Assembly: GCA_046706005.1 (NCBI GenBank)
Contig: JBJKPU010000132.1
Span: 1 to 64,000 of the forward strand
Direction of reading: 5' to 3'
Origin: Terriglobia bacterium
Lineage (GTDB): Bacteria; Acidobacteriota; Terriglobia; UBA7540
Length of the DNA: 64,000 bases
Shown here: piece after piece, positions 1-7,846 of the stretch
How positions within the stretch are numbered: position 1 is the stretch's first letter
Layout: each line of letters starts with the position of its first letter
The notes under the pieces: model-generated
What the model was told of the DNA's origin: nothing
Seen by the model: only the letters and a program-made list of their open reading frames with translations
The model's database searches: none
Program-made: the position numbers and the translations under genes

Positions 1-2392
1 GCGCGTCCGTCAGCTTGTAGGAAAAGTCGTAGTGCGGGGTCGCCGTTCCATAGACCCATTCGTTGAAGAACCAGTCCACGGGCCGGCCGAAATGTCTTGC
101 CACGATGTACTCAAAGTCCTGCGTGGATGGATTCTTGCCGGCGTAGGTGCTGACGAAGTCGTGCATCATGTCGATGAATCGTGCGTCGGGTTGCGGCGAG
201 CCGGGTTTTTGCATGATGGCGCGCAGCATTCCCAGAACGTAGGAACCCTTGTTGTACATCAGGAATTGCGCCTCACGCGGCTCTTTGTGCGAAGCCCCCT
301 GATGGTTCAGCCAGACCGGCGCCACATCCACCGGCAGATGGCCGTCCTGATCTTTTTTGAGCAGCAGTTCGCGGCTGTGGTCCCAGAAGGCCTTGAACTT
401 CGCGGGCTCGAACGCCTGCATGAAGAGCGCCGCGGAAAAATCCGCAAACCCTTCGGAGAGCCACTGGTCGTGATAAGTCCGCCATCCCAGCATGTGTCCC
501 CACCACTGATGCGACATTTCATGCACGGCGACTTCATCGAAGAACTGCCGCTCGCCGGAGGTATTTTCCAGCCGCAGGCTGTTGAGCGTGGTCGTGTCGA
601 GCAGGGAAAGGTAGGGAAGAAAGATCAGAGTCGGCCAGCTTTGCCCGAAATTACCCACCGGCTGCTCGGTGACGCGAATCGTGTGGAAAGGCAGCGCGCC
701 GAAGTAACGCTGGTAAAGCTCAAAGGCGGTAAAGCTTTTGGCCGCGGCATACTTCGCTCCCGCAGCCGTATTGAAGCCGCCGGTCAGTATTCCGTTTTCC
801 GCTGCAAGGTCCCGTCCGGTCTGCATCTGGTAAATGTCAAGCGACTGTTTAAGCCCGGCCAGGGCGTCGGTCAGGTGCTTGCCGGCGTATGCCGTAACGG
901 TCAGGCCCTGGCCGGAATCGGTCTTGGAGACGAAGTCGCCGTAGTTGAATCCCACCACGCTGAATGGAATCTGCGAGGTGTACTCGCTCACCCAGCCGTC
1001 TTTCTCCTTACGCGAGCTGACCAGGTGGCCGGTCGCTTCAAAGGTGTATTTTTGGGGGGAAACGAAATGCAGATCGAAATTCGTCCGGTCCACAAACGCC
1101 CCGAAGCTCGGATACCACGATTCGCGCTCCTGCGTGAAGAAAAGCCCGGTGCCCATTTTCACCACCACGCGACTGTCCTCGGTGGAATCTTCCTTGTAAC
1201 TGATTTTGATGTCGTAGGTTCTTCCGGAAACTGCCGGCGCGGAAAGAATTAGCCACGGGTCGCTGTCCTGATTGCGAGCTTCCTGGATAAAGCTCACTGG
1301 CCGGCCCTGCGCGTCCTTAATGCTGTCAATGCGCAATACGCCCGACAGGTTGAACGGCACCACGCGCGGCGTGCCCATCAGCACGTTGAACTTCATTTCC
1401 GCCGTAGCCGAGAGCTGGTTCTTGTCGCTGATGGTGGTCCGCAGTGTTTCCTGGGAGCAGTGCGCGGGCAGCATGGGCCGCTCGGGAAACTGCGTGTTGG
1501 CATATTCCGCGCTCAGGTGATAGCCGGCCCACCATTCGTAGTAGCCGGTCTTGTAATGGAGCAGCGTCACTTCTTCATCGTCGGGCAGGCCCGGCATCAG
1601 GATGGAAGGCCTGTTCCAGGAAATTTCATAAAGCAGATTGGCGTATTGCCCGTCGCGAATGTCCGCCAGGAAAAGCCCCTTGCTCTTGGGATCGCTCAGG
1701 TCGGAGAGCATCCGCGCCGCCAGATTGCGCATGGTGAAATATCCGGGGTCGCCGTTGTCCGGCCAGTCGTTGAACTTCTGCTGGAACCGCTGCTCGTCCT
1801 TTTCAATTTCCTGGCCCGCATCGGGGCCGGGCGGGGTCGGGCGCACGTGAAGCAGCTTCTGAAGCTGCGCAAAGGAATCGTCGGTGAAATAGAAAATGGC
1901 GTGGTGAAATTGCTCAACCAGCTTCGGCTCACCGGTGTAGCGCGCGACTTGATTCTGTTCGATCGTGGTGGGCGGGTCCACTTCGAACGCGGCGTCACCG
2001 TCAAAAGTCGCTGCAACCACATGCCCGGCCACCGGCGCCGCGAATGAAAGTTTGCCGTCCTTAAAGGTGAAAGTGGCTCGGTCGCGTTTCCAGACGGCGT
2101 TCTCCGTAACGGCATATTGAGTGCAGGTTGAGATATCGCGCAGTCGGTCGTATATCTTCAGCAAATCGGCCGTGGGCGCGGTGGAAAGATCTTCCGGGGT
2201 GGTCGCGGCGTCGGCCGCGGTCGCCTTAGTCACTGGCGGAGTTATGGCGCTCGCGGGCGCAGCCTTGGGGCCGAAGGATGTCTGTCCGTGGGCCGCTGTC
2301 GCGCCGAAGATCAGCATGAGCGCCGCCAGCGTGCACAGTTCGGCCTTCAGACTCGATCGCTTGCGGACCGCCCTGGGTTTCAGTTGAAACAA
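1..2392 (-). CDS. M1-family zinc metallopeptidase (aminopeptidase N-like); C-terminus runs off the window start
   Basis: Minus-strand translation shows HEMSHQWWGHM (HExxH zinc site) at about 500-540 and a downstream WLSEGFADF (cf. the M1 'LNEGFA' motif). An N-terminal signal peptide (RKRSSLKAELCTLAALMLIFGATAAHGQ) follows a TTG/CTG start at about 2383-2392. The gene is not in the ORF table because it has no in-window stop. The + strand ORF 32..1252 is its R-rich antisense shadow. Confidence 0.8.
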   Translation of the reverse strand, partial: MFQLKPRAVRKRSSLKAELCTLAALMLIFGATAAHGQTSFGPKAAPASAITPPVTKATAADAATTPEDLSTAPTADLLKIYDRLRDISTCTQYAVTENAVWKRDRATFTFKDGKLSFAAPVAGHVVAATFDGDAAFEVDPPTTIEQNQVARYTGEPKLVEQFHHAIFYFTDDSFAQLQKLLHVRPTPPGPDAGQEIEKDEQRFQQKFNDWPDNGDPGYFTMRNLAARMLSDLSDPKSKGLFLADIRDGQYANLLYEISWNRPSILMPGLPDDEEVTLLHYKTGYYEWWAGYHLSAEYANTQFPERPMLPAHCSQETLRTTISDKNQLSATAEMKFNVLMGTPRVVPFNLSGVLRIDSIKDAQGRPVSFIQEARNQDSDPWLILSAPAVSGRTYDIKISYKEDSTEDSRVVVKMGTGLFFTQERESWYPSFGAFVDRTNFDLHFVSPQKYTFEATGHLVSSRKEKDGWVSEYTSQIPFSVVGFNYGDFVSKTDSGQGLTVTAYAGKHLTDALAGLKQSLDIYQMQTGRDLAAENGILTGGFNTAAGAKYAAAKSFTAFELYQRYFGALPFHTIRVTEQPVGNFGQSWPTLIFLPYLSLLDTTTLNSLRLENTSGERQFFDEVAVHEMSHQWWGHMLGWRTYHDQWLSEGFADFSAALFMQAFEPAKFKAFWDHSRELLLKKDQDGHLPVDVAPVWLNHQGASHKEPREAQFLMYNKGSYVLGMLRAIMQKPGSPQPDARFIDMMHDFVSTYAGKNPSTQDFEYIVARHFGRPVDWFFNEWVYGTATPHYDFSYKLTDA

Positions 2393-2535
2393 GTTCCCGC
2401 CCAATAACGACAAATTCTGGGCAGATTATCTGTCAGCGTTGGACCTGTTGCAAGCGGGAATTTGCGCCCCACCGCCGCCGCAGGGGCGACTTATGAATCG
2501 CCCCTACGAATGCCACGGTTAGCACAAATCCCGCG

Positions 2536-4521
2536 TCAATACGGCCTTGCCCCTTGCGTGACCAGCGGCCAATCGTCGGTGCGGAAAGGTCCGGCGGGCA
2601 ATCCCGCGCCGTTGAACAGATTTGCTGCGGGATTCGATTGCCAGGCGTAGCGCACCTGCGTGGGATCGGGAACCGACGGCGATGAAACGATAATCGTCTT
2701 GCCCTTGATGCGCGCCTCGGCCCAATACCATTTGCGGTCCTTGCCTGCAATCTGGAAACCCTCCAGCTTTCCGCCTTTGGCCACCAGGCCGCCGTTCGTG
2801 TGCGAAAAGCGCAACCGGATGTCGTGCCGCCGCCGCTTAACCGATGCCAGCGTCGGTCCCGAATACGCCACGTGCCTGCCGTAATGTTTTGCCAGCGCGC
2901 AATCGGCCAGGCGGTCGCCCACCGGCTTTTTCACCTTGGAATGAATATTGTTGGGGTCGCCCGTATCAATCGTGATGGCGAGGCACGTGTTGGGAGTTTC
3001 CGCGGCCGCCACCGCCATGGACTCGCGCACGTCCGCCCATCCGTCATCGGTGGGCGTCGAACTGCGCTGCCCGAAGCGCGGCAGACTGACGATGTAGAAG
3101 GGAAAATCGCCCTGGTCGAAAAGCTGCCGCCAGTTGGCAATCATGGCGGGAAGAATTTTGCGGTACTGGTAGCCGCGAGGAGAGTTCTGCTCGCCCTGAT
3201 ACCAGATCGCTCCGGTAATGGACATCGGCGCGACGGGCGTGAGCATTCCGTTATAAAGAACGTCCGGCTGGACGGGCCAGTTTTCAAAGCGCAGCGGCAG
3301 CGGATGCGGCGGCCGGGCGTCAACGCTCACTTTGCCTTTCCACTCGCCCGCCAGCGGAATGCTGGTGTGGTTGCCCAGTTCAAGATGCAGGACGCTGGCC
3401 TTATCCAGAAATCCGCCGTGCGGCTCGGTCTTGAAGATGCGAATGGCGATTACGTTCCGACCGGGTTTAAGCATTCCGGGCCGCATAAAATAGACGCGCG
3501 GATTTTCCACCCAGGCGCTTCCGCCTGCGAACGTTCCGTTCACCCACACGCTGTCCATGCGCTGAATTTCACCGAGGAAGATCATGGCGCGCCCCGGCGG
3601 CAGGGGATTGGGCAGAGTGATTTCTTTTCGAAACCAGACCAGAGCCGGCGCCGTCGGCACGCCGAGCGCCGCGAATCCGCCCGGAACGGGAACTTCTTTC
3701 CATGAGGAATCGTCGTAATCCGGTGCGTCCCAATGCTGCTTCAACCCGATGTCATATTTGTCGTACCAGCCCATGATGTAATTCCCGTAAGGCGGCAAAC
3801 CGTCCGCTTCTTCCTGTGCAACCGCTGCCAGCGGAACGTCAAAATCCTTCAGCGGTCGCAAGGCCGCGGCGCTGGCCCACGATTCCGCGGGCGTACCGCC
3901 CACCGCATCCACTACCAGTCCAATGGGCACGTGAAGTTGCTGCCGCAGCTTGACGCCAAAATAGTAGGCGACGGCCGAGAGCCAGTTCGCCGACTGCGGC
4001 GTAATGGCCTGCCATTTTCCACCCACAACGTTCACCGGCTTGTAAGCGGGGTGTCCGAAAACACTGAAGTAGCGAATCTGCGGAAAATTCGAATCCTTCG
4101 CCACCTGCGCACCGTTTTCGGTGAAGCGCAGCGGCAATTCCATATTCGATTGCCCTCCGCAAAGCCAAACATCGCCCACCAGCACATCGTGGAGTTCGAC
4201 GGTCTGCGGCCCCGTGATATTCATCGTGTAGGGCCCGCCCGTTTTGGGCGGCTGGATTTTCACCTGCCAGCGGCCGTCCTTGTCCGCGACTCCCGAAGCG
4301 CTGTGGCCGGCGATTTCCACCTGAACCGTTTTGCCGGGCTCCGTCCAGCCCCAGATCGCATCCGGCTTGCCGCGCTGCAGAACCATGTTGTCACCGAACA
4401 TCGTGCTGACAAACGGATGTTGATTCGTGGGCATGGCGGGGCGGGGAAACTGCGCCGGCAGCGTGCCGGCCGCCGTGAGCATTGCCAGTGTCAGTACCGC
4501 AAGAGTGCGTTTGAATTTCAT
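2536..4521 (-). CDS. sialate O-acetylesterase-like SGNH/carbohydrate esterase, secreted
   Basis: GGQSNM motif (LCGGQSNMELP) with family-wide similarity. Signal peptide MKFKRTLAVLTLAMLTAAGTLPAQ. ATG at 4521 preceded by AGGAGG. The longer table ORF to 4680 lacks an RBS. Confidence 0.85.
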   Translation of the reverse strand: MKFKRTLAVLTLAMLTAAGTLPAQFPRPAMPTNQHPFVSTMFGDNMVLQRGKPDAIWGWTEPGKTVQVEIAGHSASGVADKDGRWQVKIQPPKTGGPYTMNITGPQTVELHDVLVGDVWLCGGQSNMELPLRFTENGAQVAKDSNFPQIRYFSVFGHPAYKPVNVVGGKWQAITPQSANWLSAVAYYFGVKLRQQLHVPIGLVVDAVGGTPAESWASAAALRPLKDFDVPLAAVAQEEADGLPPYGNYIMGWYDKYDIGLKQHWDAPDYDDSSWKEVPVPGGFAALGVPTAPALVWFRKEITLPNPLPPGRAMIFLGEIQRMDSVWVNGTFAGGSAWVENPRVYFMRPGMLKPGRNVIAIRIFKTEPHGGFLDKASVLHLELGNHTSIPLAGEWKGKVSVDARPPHPLPLRFENWPVQPDVLYNGMLTPVAPMSITGAIWYQGEQNSPRGYQYRKILPAMIANWRQLFDQGDFPFYIVSLPRFGQRSSTPTDDGWADVRESMAVAAAETPNTCLAITIDTGDPNNIHSKVKKPVGDRLADCALAKHYGRHVAYSGPTLASVKRRRHDIRLRFSHTNGGLVAKGGKLEGFQIAGKDRKWYWAEARIKGKTIIVSSPSVPDPTQVRYAWQSNPAANLFNGAGLPAGPFRTDDWPLVTQGARPY

Positions 4522-4625
4522 GAAAACCAGCCTCCTGTTTTCGGACGATTGTAGTGCGACCTTCGCCGCACCCACATCATATAACGACGCGGCAATCAGG
4601 ACGGCGGTTTCGAAACAAATTTGAG

Positions 4626-4653
4626 TTGCAATCCGAATCCGGATTGGTATAAT
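4626..4653 (+). promoter_or_regulatory. sigma70-like promoter TTGCAA-N16-TATAAT with a 10-bp palindrome AATCCGGATT in the spacer; predicted leaderless transcript for the AIM24 gene
   Basis: TTGCAA at 4626-4631 and TATAAT at 4648-4653. The ATG at 4662 is 8 nt downstream of the -10, with no SD. The perfect palindrome is at 4636-4645. Confidence 0.45.
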
Positions 4654-4661
4654 CGCGCGCC

Positions 4662-5498
4662 ATGAGTGACACTCCTGCAAACGCCGCCCAGGGATCTTTT
4701 GAGCGAATTCAGTGCCAGTGGTGCGGGGGCATGAATGAAAAATCGGCGCTCGCCTGCCGCGCCTGCGGTGCGCCGCTCGACATCCGCAATCTGGTCAGCG
4801 AATCCGGCTGGCGCGAAGCGCCCCGCATTCGCGACATGACCGAAATTCATTTCAGCTCGAGCACCTGTCAGGTGGAGGGCGAAATCGTTCCCGCCGCCGA
4901 AATCAATCTCGGCCCGGGGGACTCCATCTTCTTCGAGCACCACGTCATGCTGTGGAAGGAAGAGGCCGTGGGCATGTCGGTGATGAATCTTTCCGGCGGC
5001 ATGAAGCGCGCCTTTGCCGGAATGCCGTTCATCATCAGCGTGGCCACCGGTCCGGGCCGCATTGCTTTCTCGCGCGACGCCACGGGCGAGCTGGTTGTGC
5101 TTCCGCTTCATCAGGGCATGGAGTTGGATGTCCGCGAGCACGCCTTTCTGCTCTCCTCGCACCAGATTTCCTATTCGTTCGTCCGCGTCAAAGGTCTCTC
5201 GAACATCCTGTTCGGCGGGCAGGGAATGTACATGGACCGCTTCGTCACTTCGGGCGAATCCGGCCTGCTGATTCTTCACGGTTACGGCAATGTCTTCGAG
5301 CGTCGCCTGAAGGCTGGGGAAAGCATCATGCTGGAACCGGGCGCGTTTCTTTACAAGGATTCCTCGGTCACGATGAATGTGGAATTCCAGAAAATCGGCA
5401 CTGGCCTTTTCGGTGGCAGAAACATGAGCCTGGCCAAAATGACCGGGCCGGGGCGAATCGGCATTCAGTCCATGTACGTTCATCACCACACCGAGTAA
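4662..5498 (+). CDS. AIM24/DUF124 (TIGR00266-like) family protein with N-terminal zinc ribbon
   Basis: N-terminal CxxC...CxxC (CQWCGG...CRACGAP). C-terminal pattern typical of AIM24 (GESGLLILHGYGNVFERRLKAGESIMLEPGAFL). Good coding composition. Confidence 0.8.
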   Translation: MSDTPANAAQGSFERIQCQWCGGMNEKSALACRACGAPLDIRNLVSESGWREAPRIRDMTEIHFSSSTCQVEGEIVPAAEINLGPGDSIFFEHHVMLWKEEAVGMSVMNLSGGMKRAFAGMPFIISVATGPGRIAFSRDATGELVVLPLHQGMELDVREHAFLLSSHQISYSFVRVKGLSNILFGGQGMYMDRFVTSGESGLLILHGYGNVFERRLKAGESIMLEPGAFLYKDSSVTMNVEFQKIGTGLFGGRNMSLAKMTGPGRIGIQSMYVHHHTE

Positions 5499-5504
5499 CC
5501 AACA

Positions 5505-6572
5505 ATGTTTTGCACAACCTGTGGCACGCCACTCGCGGAAACTCTGAACTTCTGCACCAAATGCGGAAAGCCGGTCGCGCACGCTGCCGCTCCGGCTGCA
5601 GTTCCGTCGGCAGCGCCGCCCGCGGCTTCGATGCCATCTCCGGTTGCGGCAGTCTCCGTGCCGCCGCCCGCGCCATCAACGCCTTCACCGGCTTCAGGCG
5701 GCAGTCGTTGCGACTGGTGCGGGGCGCAGATAGATGCTTCTTCCGCGGCCTGTCCGAGTTGCGGCGCCGCACTCAAACATGCGCCCGCATCCACGGAAAG
5801 CGGCTGGATCGAATTGCCCGGCCGCAAGGACATGACCAAGCTCCAGATCGGCAATTCCAGTTGCCAGATCGAAGGCAAGTTCGTTCCCGCTGCCGACATG
5901 AATCTTGCCGCCGGCGACAGCGTTTATTTTGCGCATCACGTCCTGCTCTGGAAGGACCCGCAGGTGAACATCACCACGATGTCGCTGAAGGGCGCCTGGA
6001 AGCGCCTCTTTGGCGGGCTGCCGCTCATCATGACGCAGGCGGAAGGGCCGGGCCACATTGCTTTTTCACAGGATAATCCCGGCGAGCTGATTCCCATTCC
6101 GCTCCGCGCCGGCCAGATGGTGGATGTCCGCGAGCACATGCTGCTGGTGGCTACTTCCAGCGTTGCTTACGACTGGTTCCAGACGGGCATCTGGTACACC
6201 ACGCGGGAAGGAAATGATAGCGAGACTCATTATCCCGTCGGCTACTGCATGGATCGTTTTTCAGCCGGCTCGACGCACGGCCTGCTGATTCTTCACGCGG
6301 GCGGCAACATCTTCACGCGGAATCTCAGTCCCGGCCAGACCATTCTGATCAAGCCCACGGCGTTGGTCTTCAAGGATCCGACAGTCCAGATGCAATTGCA
6401 CTTTGAACACCCCGGCGGCTTGTTCGCCATGTGGCGTCCCTGGAGCAATCGCTATATCTGGCTTCGGCTCACCGGACCCGGCCGGGTGGCCGTACAATCG
6501 GTTTTTGAGCCTATTGAAGGTGAGGCGCGGAGTCTCACGAGCTGGTCCAGCGCCACGCGCCGGCAATGGTGA
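5505..6572 (+). CDS. AIM24/DUF124 family paralog with two N-terminal zinc ribbons and a Pro/Ala-rich linker
   Basis: CTTCG...CTKCG and CDWCG...CPSCG ribbons, then an AIM24-like core (GSTHGLLILHAGGNIFTRNLSPGQTILIKPTALVF). Starts 6 nt after the previous stop. Confidence 0.8.
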   Translation: MFCTTCGTPLAETLNFCTKCGKPVAHAAAPAAVPSAAPPAASMPSPVAAVSVPPPAPSTPSPASGGSRCDWCGAQIDASSAACPSCGAALKHAPASTESGWIELPGRKDMTKLQIGNSSCQIEGKFVPAADMNLAAGDSVYFAHHVLLWKDPQVNITTMSLKGAWKRLFGGLPLIMTQAEGPGHIAFSQDNPGELIPIPLRAGQMVDVREHMLLVATSSVAYDWFQTGIWYTTREGNDSETHYPVGYCMDRFSAGSTHGLLILHAGGNIFTRNLSPGQTILIKPTALVFKDPTVQMQLHFEHPGGLFAMWRPWSNRYIWLRLTGPGRVAVQSVFEPIEGEARSLTSWSSATRRQW

Positions 6573-7567
6573 TTACTGCTGCGTGGTGCCGCACTCCGGA
6601 CAGAACTTCGCCGGTTTCGGAATTGATTTCCCGCAATTCAGGCAGAACTTAGTCGCGCCCGCCGCCGGTGCCGCGGCCGGAGGCGCTGCGGCCGGAGCCG
6701 GTTGCGCGGGTTGTGCGGCCTGCGGCTGCATGGCGCCCATCATCTGCTGCCCCATGGCCATGCCGGCTCCCAGACCCATGCCCAGCCCGGCGCCGCCGCC
6801 CGGATTCGCGGCCGCCACGGGCATCGACTGCGCCACCTGGAACTGCGTGTAGCGATTCATATCGCCGATCATGTTCATCCCGATGCGCTGGTCCAGCAGC
6901 TTCTGCAGTTCTTCCGGCAGCGAGACGTTTTCCACCACGAACTTTTCCAGCGAGAGTCCAAGGTCCGCGAATCCCGGTTTCAGCGCCGTCAGCATCGCTT
7001 CTCCCAGCTTGATCTGGCTGCCCGCCATATCGAGAAAATTGATGTGCGCGCCGGCAAACGTGTCCGTCATCCGCCCCACGATCGTATCGCGCAGTTGGCC
7101 TTCCAGGTCGCTCACCGAATAAGTCTCGCGCGAGCCGCTCACTTGGCGGTAAAAGGTCTTAGGATCGGAAATTTTGTAAGCGTAAATTCCATAGGCGCGC
7201 ATGCGCACGGCGCCGAATTCGGCGTCGCGAATCGTGATAGGCGTAGCCGTTCCCCATTTCTGGTCAATCCGCAGCCGCGAGGAGTAGAAATAAACGTCCG
7301 ACTTGAACGGTGACTTGAAAAGCTTGTTCCAGTTCAGCAGGTCGGTCAGGACGGGCAGCGTCTCCGTGCTGAGCTTATACAGCCCCGGGCTGAATGCGTC
7401 GGCAATGCGGCCCTCGTTCACGAAAACCGCCCACTGCGAGTCGCGCACGGTCAGCCGCGCGCCGGTCATGATTTCCTGGTCCTGTGTCGGAAATCGCCAG
7501 GCCAGCACCGAATCGCCCGTCTCCATCCACTGGATGACCTCGATGAACTGCTTGGTAAAGAAACCCA
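6573..7567 (-). CDS. SPFH/band-7 (stomatin-prohibitin family) protein with C-terminal zinc ribbon (COG4260-like)
   Basis: SPFH-like core. Gly/Ala/Pro/Gln-rich linker, then FCLNCG...CPECG. ATG at 7567 preceded by GGAGG. The table ORF extends to 7733 without RBS support. Confidence 0.8.
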
Positions 7568-7846
7568 TGGCTACCTCCAGATTTCCCCGAGTATACACCC
7601 GAAGCAGGGCCGAATGTCCACGCCGAAAATCCGCGGCATCGCGGCTCGCTTCGCGGAGCTCCAAAGTGAACGTTCCGGCCGGCCCCGCGCCAACCCGTGC
7701 AGATTGGCGCATCCTGATGACGTAAATCCACAATTATTGTAATATTCTTGTCCGAACGAGCCGAGGCGGTCCGCCTCAGGTCCGAACCCCATTCCGTCAA
7801 AACGGGCGGCGCCATCGCGCGCGAGTGAAAGGTTGGTGCCCTGGCG

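Noticed and set aside
32-1252. 406-aa + strand ORF (Arg-rich)
   Set aside because: Antisense shadow of the minus-strand M1 peptidase gene. Arg/Gly-rich low-complexity composition typical of wrong-frame ORFs in high-GC DNA. The HExxH motif is on the opposite strand.
2800-4554. + strand ORFs 2800..3705 and 3733..4554
   Set aside because: Antisense to the sialate O-acetylesterase gene. No RBS, and R/H-rich composition.
4596-6076. ORFs 4596..5582 (-), 4952..6076 (+), 5483..5899 (-), 5694..6056 (-)
   Set aside because: Overlap the two AIM24 genes in other frames or on the other strand. No motif or RBS support.
6702-7313. 203-aa + strand ORF
   Set aside because: Antisense of the SPFH gene.
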